64,000 nucleotides of DNA from Fidelibacterota bacterium (lineage in GTDB: Bacteria; Fidelibacterota; Marinisomatia; Marinisomatales; Marinisomataceae), in NCBI GenBank assembly GCA_018672235.1, contig JABHGE010000003.1, positions 1-64,000 of the forward strand. The letters are read 5' to 3'. A model generated the notes under the pieces. It was not told where the DNA came from, did no database searches, and worked only from the letters and a program-made list of their open reading frames with translations. Made by a program: the position numbers and the translations under genes. Positions 28,169 to 38,562 of the stretch are shown one piece after another; position 1 is the first letter of the stretch; each line of letters starts with the position of its first letter.

Positions 28169-29959
28169 ATGAGAATAGACTACACCATACTAACATCAAT
28201 CTTGTTACTATTTTTCAGTTGCAATACACCTGAAAATTCAAAAGGTGGGGTTTCTTCTACGTCAAGTATTGCATCGCAAGTAGGGATTGATATTTTAGAA
28301 CAAGGTGGAAATGCTTTTGACGCAATTGTAGCAACAGGGTTTACTCTAGCAGTAACCTCTCCTTCTAATGGAAATCTGGGTGGTGGTGGATTTCTAGTAG
28401 CACAGACTTCAGATGGAGAAAAAATTAGTTTAGATTTTCGCGAAGAAGCGCCTGCATTATCTTATGAAACTATGTTTCTTGATGAAAATCAAGAATATAG
28501 TCGTGATCTTGCTCTTAATTCTCATAAATCATCTGGTGTGCCAGGAACTGTCAATGGTTTAATACAAATTTTTAATGATTATGGCTCAGGAAAATTTACA
28601 TTAGAAGAGCTATTAGTGCCTGCAATTTTCTATGCTGAAAATGGTCATCGCATTAATGCGGAAGCTGCACAAGGATTTGATTCATATAAAGCTTTATTTC
28701 TTAACGATGAAGGCTCAACAAAGATTTTTGTAAAAAATGTAGATGATACCATTCTAAACATTCAGAAAGCATTTCAAGATGGAAAGCTATCTCAAGAAGA
28801 CTATACCAAACAATTAGCATCAATTGACGAGTGGTTACCAGGAGACTTATTAGTACAAACAGACTTAGCTAATACACTAAAACGTATTGCCAAATATGGT
28901 AATGCTGGATTTTATGATGGCGAAACTGCAGAGTTGATTATTAGGGAGATGGATTTAAATGATGGATTCATTACCAAGGAAGATTTACTGAGCTACAAAT
29001 CTATTTACAGGGATCCTATAGTCGGAACATATAGAGGTAATAAAATTATTTCTATGGGACCCCCAAGCTCAGGCGGAGCTTTATTAGTGCAGATGCTCAA
29101 TATGTTAGAAAATTTTGATATTAAATCTATGGAAAGAAACTCGACAGAGTTTGTACATCTTTTAACGGAAGTACAACGATTAGCTTATGCGGATAGAGCA
29201 ATACACTTAGGAGATCCAGATTTTTGGCCTAATCCGATACCAATGCTTACATCAAAAACATATGCAAAAGAACGCTTGGCGTTAATCTCTATGGATTCAG
29301 CGACGCGTAGTACAGAAATTGCTGCTGGGAAGAATCTTCCACAAGAAAGCATAGAGACAACACACTATTCTGTTATGGACAAAGAAGGCAACGTTGTGGG
29401 TATTACCACTACTCTTAATATGAGCTATGGTAGTAAAAAAGTAGTCGATGGCGCTGGATTCTTGTTAAATAATGAAATGGATGATTTTTCATCAAAACCA
29501 GGAACAGCTAACGCTTTTGGTTTGGTAGGATACAAAGCAAATGCCATTCAACCATTTAAACGACCATTAAGCTCTATGAGCCCTACATTAGTTATTGATA
29601 CCAATGGGAACCCTATAGTAACAATAGGAGCTGCTGGTGGCTCAAGAATTATTACTGCAGTATTACAGAACATAATAAGTATAGTAGATCATGGATTGAA
29701 TATACAAGAAGCTATTGATTTTCCAAGAACACACTCTCAATGGTTGCCAGATAATCTCCGATATGAAAAAGGTGCATTAACTCAGCAAACGATTAATGAG
29801 CTAGAAGAATTAAATCATCTTTTTGAGCATGATGGTGTTACAGAAAATGGGCTATACGGTATAGCGCAGACTCATGGTGTACATTTTAAAAATAAACAAT
29901 TTATAACCGGCTTTGATAAACGAGGATCATACGATGAAAATGAAGGCATTACATATTAA
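28169..29959 (+). CDS. ggt: Gamma-glutamyltransferase (lipoprotein)
   Basis: GNLGGGGF, DFREEAP, ETTHYS nucleophile, LLNNEMDDF and RPLSSMSP motifs. Confidence 0.96.
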   Translation: MRIDYTILTSILLLFFSCNTPENSKGGVSSTSSIASQVGIDILEQGGNAFDAIVATGFTLAVTSPSNGNLGGGGFLVAQTSDGEKISLDFREEAPALSYETMFLDENQEYSRDLALNSHKSSGVPGTVNGLIQIFNDYGSGKFTLEELLVPAIFYAENGHRINAEAAQGFDSYKALFLNDEGSTKIFVKNVDDTILNIQKAFQDGKLSQEDYTKQLASIDEWLPGDLLVQTDLANTLKRIAKYGNAGFYDGETAELIIREMDLNDGFITKEDLLSYKSIYRDPIVGTYRGNKIISMGPPSSGGALLVQMLNMLENFDIKSMERNSTEFVHLLTEVQRLAYADRAIHLGDPDFWPNPIPMLTSKTYAKERLALISMDSATRSTEIAAGKNLPQESIETTHYSVMDKEGNVVGITTTLNMSYGSKKVVDGAGFLLNNEMDDFSSKPGTANAFGLVGYKANAIQPFKRPLSSMSPTLVIDTNGNPIVTIGAAGGSRIITAVLQNIISIVDHGLNIQEAIDFPRTHSQWLPDNLRYEKGALTQQTINELEELNHLFEHDGVTENGLYGIAQTHGVHFKNKQFITGFDKRGSYDENEGITY

Positions 29960-30890
29960 CAAACTATTGATTTTAACATTATTTTTTGTAATCAGTTGCG
30001 GTGGAAATAATCGTGCAACACAATCTACAGTTCCAATTCCTGTTGTAGTATATACCCCAGGCGACCTAGTATCAGACGGACAAGGCTATATTCAATATAG
30101 AGTAGGAAATACTCCTGTTATTATCACTGTACCTCATGATGGAACGCTAGTCCCTTCTAATATGGCAGACAGAATAGGAGATGTAGAACGTGCAGTGAAT
30201 ACCAGAAAAGTTGCAGAGCAATTTGCAGTATTCTTTAATGCAAACTCTAATGGCCTTTTTCCCCATATCATTTATAACAATGTAAGTCGTACAAAATTAG
30301 ATCCCGATGCCAATCTAATGGATGGTGCGCAAGGAAATAGTTATGCCAACCTTTCGTATGGTACATATCATAGCTACTTACAAACAGCAATTGATTCTGT
30401 TGAAGCAAACTTTGATTCAGGGATATTATTAAATCTAGTTGAACATGATAATGCAACACAACAATTTGAACTTGGTTATCTACTTTCAGAGAGCGAGTTG
30501 AATTTATCCGATGCAGAACTTAATAATGGTTATAGTACTCTATCTAGCATCAGCCAATTATCTTCTATTTCTGCAGCAACATTTTCAGAGGTATTAAGAG
30601 GATATAGCAGTTTTGGAAATTTCTTATTTGCAGCATCCTATAATGGTTCTTCTTACCAAGTAGTGCCAAATCTGGACAATCCAAATGCTCCTTCAGGTGG
30701 ATATACTTCAGGGGGTTTTACTTTAACAACTTACGGTAAAGAGCGATTGGGTAAAATTAATGCTATTGAAGTAGCAACTCCATATTCTGGGTTTAGAGAT
30801 AATGCTAATGCTTATCGTGCAGTGGGAGTTGTTCTCGAAGATGCAACTTACAGATTTTATCAAGAACAGATTGGTATATCTATATACTAA
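29934..30890 (+). CDS. Lipoprotein with possible N-formylglutamate amidohydrolase-like fold
   Basis: Lipobox VISC; PVIITVPHDG and SRTKLDPD motifs; start uncertain (29934 or 29940). Confidence 0.6.
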   Translation: MKMKALHINKLLILTLFFVISCGGNNRATQSTVPIPVVVYTPGDLVSDGQGYIQYRVGNTPVIITVPHDGTLVPSNMADRIGDVERAVNTRKVAEQFAVFFNANSNGLFPHIIYNNVSRTKLDPDANLMDGAQGNSYANLSYGTYHSYLQTAIDSVEANFDSGILLNLVEHDNATQQFELGYLLSESELNLSDAELNNGYSTLSSISQLSSISAATFSEVLRGYSSFGNFLFAASYNGSSYQVVPNLDNPNAPSGGYTSGGFTLTTYGKERLGKINAIEVATPYSGFRDNANAYRAVGVVLEDATYRFYQEQIGISIY

Positions 30891-30908
30891 TATAGTAGTA
30901 TAAAAAAA

Positions 30909-32009
30909 TTATTTTAGTGCATTGGCTTTGTTAAGATACTCTGTAGCATCTTCTAATCTACCTTCACCAAAATAGGTACGATATACACCATAATAGTATT
31001 GTGCGTTATTTGGATCAGAATCAATTAACTCTAGATAATAAGTTCTAGATTTTCTCCATCTCTCTGCTTGCTCAAGTGCTTTTGCAAGCCCCAATAAAGC
31101 TTCTTTATCATCAGGAGCTAAAAAATATGCTTCTTCAAAGTTATATTCCGCTTCTTCAAATTCATTCATTTTCAAATAAACTAAACCTCTATTAAAGAAT
31201 AAATCTATCTTTTCTTTATCGTCATTAGAATTTTCAATTGCTGCATTAAGATTTTTCAATGCAGGCTCAAATTTATCTTGTGCAAGATATAATGCACCTA
31301 AACTCTTCAATGCAGACACTTCAAGAGGATTAACTTCTAAGGCCCTTTCGTAATAACTTAAACCTTTATCAAATGCTCCTAAGCGTACTGAGCTTTGTCC
31401 AGCACTGACAAGCAATGCTAATTGGACATCTTTATCTATATCTGGCAATGCTAGTGCTTCATCAATATTTTTAAAGGCATTCTCTTTATCTCCTTTGATC
31501 GAATAATAAAGTCCGAGCAATGCATATGAACCTGGCTGTGCCGGGTCTAGCTCTTTTGCTTGTGATAAAGTTTGAATTGCTTGATCTACTAAAGCATCTC
31601 GCTGTTCTTCCCCTGCCGCTCTATTTAATAGGGCTAAAAATCCTTGACCTCTATAATAGATTAAATTATAGCTTTTTGCTAGTGAGGCTGAAACAGCCTG
31701 TGACATTAATATTTTTTTATCATTTGGAGTAGGTCTAATTTTAGCACTTGCCACCGCAGTGCTAGCAATATCCATATATTCTTTTACTTTTGTCCACTCT
31801 TGAGTTCTAGGATAAATTTTATCTCCTAGATGAAATGCTGCTTCCCATTTATCTTTAGGGTGATTTAAAGCTTTCAACAAAAATTCTTTGGCTGCGTCCC
31901 ATTCCCTATCTTTTAATCTGATTTTTGCAGATTCTAAATCTTGCCCAGCAAAAAGTGTAGAGACTAGTATTAGTGTAATAAAAAAGTTTTTTATAGCGTT
32001 TATAAACAT
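30909..32009 (-). CDS. Secreted tetratricopeptide repeat protein
   Basis: Signal peptide; repeated ~34-aa helical motifs (YERALEVNP, AYFLAP); SD GGAGG. Confidence 0.88.
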   Translation of the reverse strand: MFINAIKNFFITLILVSTLFAGQDLESAKIRLKDREWDAAKEFLLKALNHPKDKWEAAFHLGDKIYPRTQEWTKVKEYMDIASTAVASAKIRPTPNDKKILMSQAVSASLAKSYNLIYYRGQGFLALLNRAAGEEQRDALVDQAIQTLSQAKELDPAQPGSYALLGLYYSIKGDKENAFKNIDEALALPDIDKDVQLALLVSAGQSSVRLGAFDKGLSYYERALEVNPLEVSALKSLGALYLAQDKFEPALKNLNAAIENSNDDKEKIDLFFNRGLVYLKMNEFEEAEYNFEEAYFLAPDDKEALLGLAKALEQAERWRKSRTYYLELIDSDPNNAQYYYGVYRTYFGEGRLEDATEYLNKANALK

Positions 32010-32055
32010 ATATCCTCCATTTATAGGAACAAGTTAGTAGTATTATTATCAGATT

Positions 32056-32961
32056 TCAATAGGTAAGAGTAGATTTAACCCATTCTTTGCGTAATTGATA
32101 TTCTTTATCGGGCACACTGACAATACCTTCGTGTGCAATATCTTCAATACAAAAAGATGCCATTGTTGCTCCAGCTATCATAGCGTCTTCAATATTTTTA
32201 CCAGCCATTTTAGATGAAAGCAATCCTCCCGCAAAAGCATCTCCTGCCCCTGTAGTATCCATAACAGTCTTAACGGGATATGCGCCTATAGAAAAATGAG
32301 TATTGCTATCAAAAAAAGAGGCTCCATCTTCTCCCTGCTTAATGATAAGACTATCTGTACCCATACTTAGTATACATTCTGCCATTTCTTTTAAAGTAGG
32401 GCTTGATAAACCAGATAGATACACAGCTTCATTATAATTGATGCATAATAAATTGGATTTAGAGATAATCTTCTTTAAATCGTCATTAGCTATATCCATA
32501 TACAATTTAAATGTATCCAATATAACAAAAGGAGATGACTCAATTTGATCTAAAATAGTAAGTTGCAAGCTAGGATGTGTGTTTCCTAGCAATAAATATT
32601 CACACTTTTTAGCCTTTTCAGATAGAATAGGTTTATATTTTTCTGAAACTCCCGGATCTACATACAGTGTTTCTCTTTTAGAAAAATCATATGCATATTC
32701 CCCTCCCCAAGCAAACGTTTTTCCTTTTTCTATTTTCAAATCATCTAAATCTATAGAATGACCCCCAAGAAGATCAAAGTGCTCTTTTGGAAAATCACTT
32801 CCTACCATCCCAACCAATTGGCATTCTTTTTGCTTAGTAGCTAGTAAGGCGTAAGAAGCGGATCCCCCTAGTACATCGGGATATGTTCCATATCTATTAA
32901 CTATCTTATCGATACTTAATGAGCCAAAGACAAGTGCTTTATGTGAGTAATTTGAAGTCAT
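32056..32961 (-). CDS. PfkB family carbohydrate kinase
   Basis: LGGSASY and DTTGAGDAFAGG motifs; start moved to ATG 32961 to avoid overlapping mnmA. Confidence 0.92.
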   Translation of the reverse strand: MTSNYSHKALVFGSLSIDKIVNRYGTYPDVLGGSASYALLATKQKECQLVGMVGSDFPKEHFDLLGGHSIDLDDLKIEKGKTFAWGGEYAYDFSKRETLYVDPGVSEKYKPILSEKAKKCEYLLLGNTHPSLQLTILDQIESSPFVILDTFKLYMDIANDDLKKIISKSNLLCINYNEAVYLSGLSSPTLKEMAECILSMGTDSLIIKQGEDGASFFDSNTHFSIGAYPVKTVMDTTGAGDAFAGGLLSSKMAGKNIEDAMIAGATMASFCIEDIAHEGIVSVPDKEYQLRKEWVKSTLTY

Positions 32962-32994
32962 AATTTTTTTTATTAAGATAACAATGTAAACTAA

Positions 32995-34101
32995 ATGAAA
33001 AAAGAAAAAATAGTATTGGGGATTAGTGGTGGAGTTGATAGCTCTGTCGCTGCACTTCTTTTGCAAAAAGATGGATATGATGTGCATGGAGTATTTATGA
33101 AAAACTGGGACGATAAACATGCTATATGTTCCGCAGAAGACGATTATGCTGACGCTTTAAGTGTATGTAAAAAACTGAAAATTCCTCTAAAAAAAATTGA
33201 TTATACTGCTCAATATAAAGATAAGGTATTTAAACAATTTTTAGATGATCATGTACATGGACTTACCCCAAATCCTGACGTATTATGTAATAAAGAAATC
33301 AAATTTGAAGTTTTTCAGAATTACGCCAAAGAAATAGGTGCAACAAAAATTGCTACAGGGCACTATGCAAATAACTATACGACTGACTCTACTTGCTATC
33401 TAAAAAAAGCAACAGACCAATCAAAGGATCAAAGCTATTTCCTTCATCAGCTAGGACAATCTGAGTTAAAAAATACAATCTTCCCTTTAGGTAAAATTCT
33501 AAAAAAAGATGTAAGGAGTATCGCAAAAAAATATTCACTCATTAATCATAACAAAAAAGATAGTACTGGAATATGCTTTATAGGAGAAAGAAAATATAAT
33601 GATTTTGTAGGAAAATATTTAACCATAGAAAAAGGAGGTATTCAATCACTTGATGGAGAAATTTTAGGTAAGCATGATGGGCATATTTACTTCACGATTG
33701 GCCAAAGAAAAGGTTTAGGTATTGGTGCAAGATTTAGCGCTGAAGACAAGCCTTGGTATGTAGTAAAAAAAGATACCTATCATAATATTGTCTTTGTGGC
33801 GCAAGGCGAAAATCATCCCGCCCTATTTAGTAAAAAAATTATAGTGGACGATATCAATTGGATAAATAAAAAACCTACAACTTTTCCAAGAAATTATTAT
33901 GCAAAAGTAAGGTATCGAGATGAAGATAAATTATGTACTGTCTTTTCTTTAGACAACAACACTTATTGCATTGAATTTGAATCAGAACAAAAAGCTATCA
34001 CTCCGGGACAATCAATTGTTCTTTATAATGAAGAAAATGTTTGTATTGGAGGTGGTATTATATCAAAAAGAGACATACCTTTTTTAAAGGAAACTATCTA
34101 A
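32995..34101 (+). CDS. mnmA: tRNA 2-thiouridine(34) synthase
   Basis: SGGVDS, TPNPDVLCN, ATGHYA, KDQSYFL and DSTGICF motifs. Confidence 0.98.
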   Translation: MKKEKIVLGISGGVDSSVAALLLQKDGYDVHGVFMKNWDDKHAICSAEDDYADALSVCKKLKIPLKKIDYTAQYKDKVFKQFLDDHVHGLTPNPDVLCNKEIKFEVFQNYAKEIGATKIATGHYANNYTTDSTCYLKKATDQSKDQSYFLHQLGQSELKNTIFPLGKILKKDVRSIAKKYSLINHNKKDSTGICFIGERKYNDFVGKYLTIEKGGIQSLDGEILGKHDGHIYFTIGQRKGLGIGARFSAEDKPWYVVKKDTYHNIVFVAQGENHPALFSKKIIVDDINWINKKPTTFPRNYYAKVRYRDEDKLCTVFSLDNNTYCIEFESEQKAITPGQSIVLYNEENVCIGGGIISKRDIPFLKETI

Positions 34102-34826
34102 TGAATAATCAATTACATATCGGTATTCTGGCAGCGGGTAAGGGTTCAAGAATGGAGTCAAACCTACCAAAAGTATTACATCAATTAAATGGAAAAAGCT
34201 TAATTGACTATGTATTAGATACGGCATCACAATTAACGCCAAAATCAATAACGCTTGTAGTGGGATTTGAAAAAGAACTTGTCAAAGACCATACGCGTGC
34301 ACGTAAAATAGATTATGTATCGCAAGATCAACAGCTAGGAACTGGACATGCTGTTCTTCAAATGGCTAATAAGCTAGAAAACCAAAGTGGGCATTTATTA
34401 ATCTTATCTGGTGATGTTCCAAATACAAAATCTACTAGCCTTATGCCTATAATTGATGAACATATAAATAAAAATCACAATGCAACCGTTATTACTGCTA
34501 TAGTTAACGACTCAACAGGATATGGTCGAATCATAAGAGGAGATACTGGCCAGCTATTGAAGATTGTTGAAGAAAAAGATTGTACGTCAGGTGAAAAAAA
34601 GATTAAAGAAATCAATTCGGGAATATTTATTTTTAAAATTTCACATTTATTTGAAGAATTAAGAAAAATAAAATCAAACAATGCACAAAATGAATACTAT
34701 CTAACTGATGTGATGGAGTTGATTGGTAAAAAAATGCCCATACAAGCAAAAATAGTTGAAGATTCTTCAGAGGTTATGGGAATTAATGACATAAATCAAT
34801 TAAGCTCTTTGGAAAAGAATAAGTAG
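34101..34826 (+). CDS. GlmU-like sugar-phosphate nucleotidyltransferase, N-terminal domain only
   Basis: LAAGKGSRM..PKVLH, QLGTGHA, GYGRI and EYYLTD motifs; no hexapeptide domain; ATG overlaps the mnmA stop. Confidence 0.9.
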   Translation: MNNQLHIGILAAGKGSRMESNLPKVLHQLNGKSLIDYVLDTASQLTPKSITLVVGFEKELVKDHTRARKIDYVSQDQQLGTGHAVLQMANKLENQSGHLLILSGDVPNTKSTSLMPIIDEHINKNHNATVITAIVNDSTGYGRIIRGDTGQLLKIVEEKDCTSGEKKIKEINSGIFIFKISHLFEELRKIKSNNAQNEYYLTDVMELIGKKMPIQAKIVEDSSEVMGINDINQLSSLEKNK

Positions 34827-35299
34827 TGAAATATTTTCTTGATTTTATTATCATTACACTATCATTCATCATTATAGTCTTTGGATGGTCTTTATCAAAA
34901 AATCTTCTTAATAAAGAAGCCTTAACGAGTAATCCCTCTTCTAATATAGAATCCATGCCAAAAATTAAGCTATTTGAAAATTATGATAATCAAACTTTGA
35001 AGGTGGCTATATTAAATGGATGTGGAATAAGTGGAGTGGGAAATCAATTTTCTGAACTATTAAATAATAAATATGGACTGGTTATTGTAAGAACTGAAAA
35101 TGCAAATAATTTTGATTATGAAACAACGAAGGTGGTTATTATTAATGACTCTAATCCTAATATTGAGAACTTACTTACAATTTTAGGCATGAATATTAAT
35201 GATGAAGATGTAGAATTTAATAGCTCTTATAGCCCTGAAGAAGATATTCAAATAATCATTGGAAAAGACTACTTAGATTTTCTTAACTTGAACTCATGA
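34826..35299 (+). CDS. LytR C-terminal domain protein
   Basis: N-terminal TM; VAILNGCGISG and IIIGKDY motifs. Confidence 0.85.
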   Translation: MKYFLDFIIITLSFIIIVFGWSLSKNLLNKEALTSNPSSNIESMPKIKLFENYDNQTLKVAILNGCGISGVGNQFSELLNNKYGLVIVRTENANNFDYETTKVVIINDSNPNIENLLTILGMNINDEDVEFNSSYSPEEDIQIIIGKDYLDFLNLNS

Positions 35300-35625
35300 A
35301 AACAAATCCACTATTAAAAAAAATTGTTGGTCTTGCTGAAGAAAAAAAGGCTGAAGATTTAGTAACGCTCAATGTTTCTAAGATTACTTCTTTGTCTGAT
35401 TATTTTGTTATTTGCTCTGCTAAAAACCTTATACAAGTGAAAGCAATTGCTGATAATATTAAAGATAATATTAAAGAAAAACCCTTTCGTACTGAAGGAT
35501 ACCAAAATGCTAATTGGATTATTATTGATTATGTAGATATAGTAGTACACATCTTTTTTGAAGAAGCGCGTGAATACTATGATCTAGAACGTCTCTGGTT
35601 TGATGCAAAAACTGTAAAGATATAA
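35296..35625 (+). CDS. rsfS: Ribosome silencing factor
   Basis: EKKAED, DYFVICS, WIIIDY..VVHIF and YYDLERLW motifs. Confidence 0.96.
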   Translation: MKTNPLLKKIVGLAEEKKAEDLVTLNVSKITSLSDYFVICSAKNLIQVKAIADNIKDNIKEKPFRTEGYQNANWIIIDYVDIVVHIFFEEAREYYDLERLWFDAKTVKI

Positions 35626-37244
35626 TGATTCAAACAAAATTAGAATCTTTTATAAGCGACTATTTAAAATCTAACAACTTTGAACTTTCTAATTGGAATG
35701 TGGCAATAAATACAAGAGAAGGCTTTGGAGACTATTCATCTAATGTTGCACTAATCTTATCAAAAAAAATTGGTAAAAATCCGATGGAGATTGCTGAAGC
35801 AATAGTTGCCTATCAAAATAAAGAGGGGGAACTTTTTTCTGTTTCTGCTACTAAGCCTGGCTTTGTTAATTTTGATATTTCAATCGATTACTACTTAGAT
35901 ATCATGAATAGTATTTTAGAGGAAGGCGCCAACTTTGGAAAGCCTGCAAAACATGAAAAGTCAGCTAATGTAGAATTTGTCAGTAGCAATCCTACCGGAC
36001 CATTAACTGCCGGTCATGGTAGAAATACTATACTTGGCGATATGGTATCAAGCATATTATCATGGCATGGATATAATGTTACGAGAGAGTATTATTATAA
36101 TAATGCAGGAAAGCAAATGCGCATGCTAGGTGAATCGTCTTATGCAAAATATGCAAAAAAAATTGGCAAGAATGTTACGCCGCCAGAAAATGGTTATGTT
36201 GGAGAATATTTAGACGATATTGCAGATAAAATTATCACAAAATTTGGAAAAGATTTAGATTCGAATAGCGAATATTTTAGAACTTTTACAGAAGAAAAAA
36301 TCTTTGACAGCATTAAGAATACTTTAAAAAGCCTAAGAATTGAATTTGATCTTTTTTCTCAAGAACAAAAATTTTATGATAATGGTGCAATAGATAATGT
36401 ATTAAAAAAATTAGACGAACTATCTTTGACGTATAAAAAAGATGGTGCTACTTGGTTTAAGACTAGCAGTCTAGGAAAAGAAGAAGATAAAGTCTTAGTA
36501 AAAAGCACTGGTGAACCTACCTATCGCCTACCTGATATTGCATACCATATTGATAAAGTAGATAGAGGATTTGATTTAATTGTAGACATCTTTGGTGCAG
36601 ACCATATCGAGACATATCCAGATGTTTTACTTGGACTGAAAGCTCTTGGCAAAAGAACAGATCATATTAAAGTTGTAGTACACCAATTCGTAACTCTTAA
36701 AAAAGACAACCAGGTTGTAAAAATGTCCACGCGTAAAGCAAACTTTATTACACTAGACGATCTTATTGATCAATTAGGGGTAGATGTTGTGAGATATTTC
36801 TTTATTATGAGGGGAGCAAATAGCCACTTAGACTTTGATTTTGATTTAGCAAAAGATGAGTCTGAAAAAAATCCTGTTTATTATCTACAGTATGCACATG
36901 CAAGAATTTCTAATTTAATTGCAAGATATGATAGTGACATAAACCAAAAAACAGGTCTTGATTTAAGTCTATTAATAGAAAAAGATGAAATATTATTAAT
37001 AAAAAAACTATCTGCATTTCCAACAAAGATGGGTGAGATACATGAATCTTTAGAACCAAGTAAATTAGCTACCTATCTTCAGGAAGTTGCTGCATCATAT
37101 CACAAATTTTATGGGAATCATAAGGTTATTGATCATAATAATATTCCCTTGTCTTATGCCAGAAAGAATCTCTGCAATGCTACACAAATTATTTTAAAAA
37201 CAGGGTTATCTATTCTAGGCATCACTGCACCTGAAAAAATGTAA
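35625..37244 (+). CDS. argS: Arginine--tRNA ligase
   Basis: VEFVSSNPTGPL..GHGR, KMSTRK and YLQYAHARI motifs. Confidence 0.97.
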   Translation: MIQTKLESFISDYLKSNNFELSNWNVAINTREGFGDYSSNVALILSKKIGKNPMEIAEAIVAYQNKEGELFSVSATKPGFVNFDISIDYYLDIMNSILEEGANFGKPAKHEKSANVEFVSSNPTGPLTAGHGRNTILGDMVSSILSWHGYNVTREYYYNNAGKQMRMLGESSYAKYAKKIGKNVTPPENGYVGEYLDDIADKIITKFGKDLDSNSEYFRTFTEEKIFDSIKNTLKSLRIEFDLFSQEQKFYDNGAIDNVLKKLDELSLTYKKDGATWFKTSSLGKEEDKVLVKSTGEPTYRLPDIAYHIDKVDRGFDLIVDIFGADHIETYPDVLLGLKALGKRTDHIKVVVHQFVTLKKDNQVVKMSTRKANFITLDDLIDQLGVDVVRYFFIMRGANSHLDFDFDLAKDESEKNPVYYLQYAHARISNLIARYDSDINQKTGLDLSLLIEKDEILLIKKLSAFPTKMGEIHESLEPSKLATYLQEVAASYHKFYGNHKVIDHNNIPLSYARKNLCNATQIILKTGLSILGITAPEKM

Positions 37245-37250
37245 AGTATT

Positions 37251-37472
37251 ATGTCTACTTTAACCAGACGAAAGTTTATTCGAAGAAGCTTAATCCTTTC
37301 TGCGGGGGCATCTCCTACAAGCTCTCAAGATACTGCTCTAGCAAACTATATTGGCTTAGCTGAAGGACATATCCATTTTGCTGGAGAACATGCATCAAAT
37401 GACCGCGGTTGGATGCAAGGAGCTTTAGTCTCTGGTTTACGCGCAGCTACAGAAATTAATAATTCAAATTAA
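37251..37472 (+). pseudogene. Internally deleted Tat-exported flavin-containing amine oxidase remnant
   Basis: TRRKFI twin-arginine start joined in frame to the C-terminal HFAGEHAS..GWMQGALVSGLRAA motif; FAD-binding core absent. Confidence 0.75.
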
Positions 37473-38173
37473 TGCTAATTATAGGTCATAGAGGGGCTCG
37501 CGGGTATATAGCTGAAAATACCTTGGAATCTATTCAGAAGGCTTTGGACTTGAATGTTGATGGAGTAGAAATAGATGTCTACCAATGTGCTTCAGGAGAA
37601 ATTGTAGTCTTTCATGATAGTAACCTCAATCGACTTACCGGCAATAAGGGGTTTATTGAAAAGACTAATTTTGATGAATTAAATACAATCTTGGTAAAAG
37701 GAAACTATAAAATACCTACTCTAGGGCAAGTACTGGAATTAATAGCTGGTAGTGTATTATTAAATATTGAGTTAAAGGGTAAAAATACCGCTATTTTAAC
37801 CGCTGCTATACTAAAAAAATATCTTCAGAATTCGCAGTCTGACATAAAAAATTATATTGTTTCTAGTGATAACTGGAATGAATTAACACTTTTCAAAAAT
37901 CAAAATACTGGTATCCCTATTGGTGTACTCAGCCATACCTCTTTATTGCTACAAAAAGAGCTTAATGATATCATTGAAAAAGGTAAGGAGTTGAATGCTG
38001 TTGCTATACATCCAAAATTTTCTCTTTTAAGTAAAAGAGCAATAGATAGAATGCATTCCTCTGGATTTTTAGTATATAGTTGGACTATTAACAGACCAAA
38101 AGATGTTAAACGAGCCATTCAATTAGGGGTAGATGGTATTATTACAGATTTTCCAGATCGTATTATCAGATAA
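37472..38173 (+). CDS. Glycerophosphodiester phosphodiesterase family protein
   Basis: IGHRGA, ENTL, EIDV, NIELK, WTIN and GVDGIITDFP motifs. Confidence 0.95.
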   Translation: MLIIGHRGARGYIAENTLESIQKALDLNVDGVEIDVYQCASGEIVVFHDSNLNRLTGNKGFIEKTNFDELNTILVKGNYKIPTLGQVLELIAGSVLLNIELKGKNTAILTAAILKKYLQNSQSDIKNYIVSSDNWNELTLFKNQNTGIPIGVLSHTSLLLQKELNDIIEKGKELNAVAIHPKFSLLSKRAIDRMHSSGFLVYSWTINRPKDVKRAIQLGVDGIITDFPDRIIR

Positions 38174-38179
38174 TATATG

Positions 38180-38523
38180 TGGAGGCGGGGAGATTCGAAC
38201 TCCCGTCCATAATAGAGAAAAGATAAATATCTACATGTTTAGTTTCCTGATCGAGTTTTGCCTTATACAGGTTCAAGAACAGACGAATATAAGACTATCT
38301 TCTAAGGTTCACTTATTTAGTCGAAGCAAAAAAATAAGTTATCTCATTTTTATGACATCATTCAGACAGCGATGAGAAACGCCTACTGATGATGGGTTAT
38401 AGCAACTAAGCTACAGCCATTTGGCCATAATCGGCACTTAATACGGTTTAGAAGTTTAAAGAGGTACTAAGCTCTACATGCAATTTAAAATTTCTTTCTA
38501 AAATGTCGAAACCGGTCGCCCCC
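38180..38523 (-). ncRNA. ssrA: tmRNA; encoded tag ADYGQMAVA* at 38435-38406
   Basis: 5' GGGGGCGACCGGTTTCGAC and 3' GGGAGTTCGAATCTCCCCGCCTCCA; acceptor stem with the G3.U alanine identity pair; short Ala-ending tag ORF. Confidence 0.96.
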
Positions 38524-38562
38524 AATTGTCAAATACTTTGGAAGATACAACCTTTTTTATAA

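Noticed and set aside
32962..33120. N-terminal extension of the PfkB kinase
   Set aside because: Antisense overlap with mnmA; family similarity starts after ATG 32961.
37245..38180. Intact integrative element at the tmRNA 3' end
   Set aside because: No integrase and no duplicated tmRNA 3' fragment found by eye near 37245.
38133..38375. 80-aa ORF
   Set aside because: Antisense to tmRNA; GGGEIRT is the usual translation of a reverse-complemented T arm.
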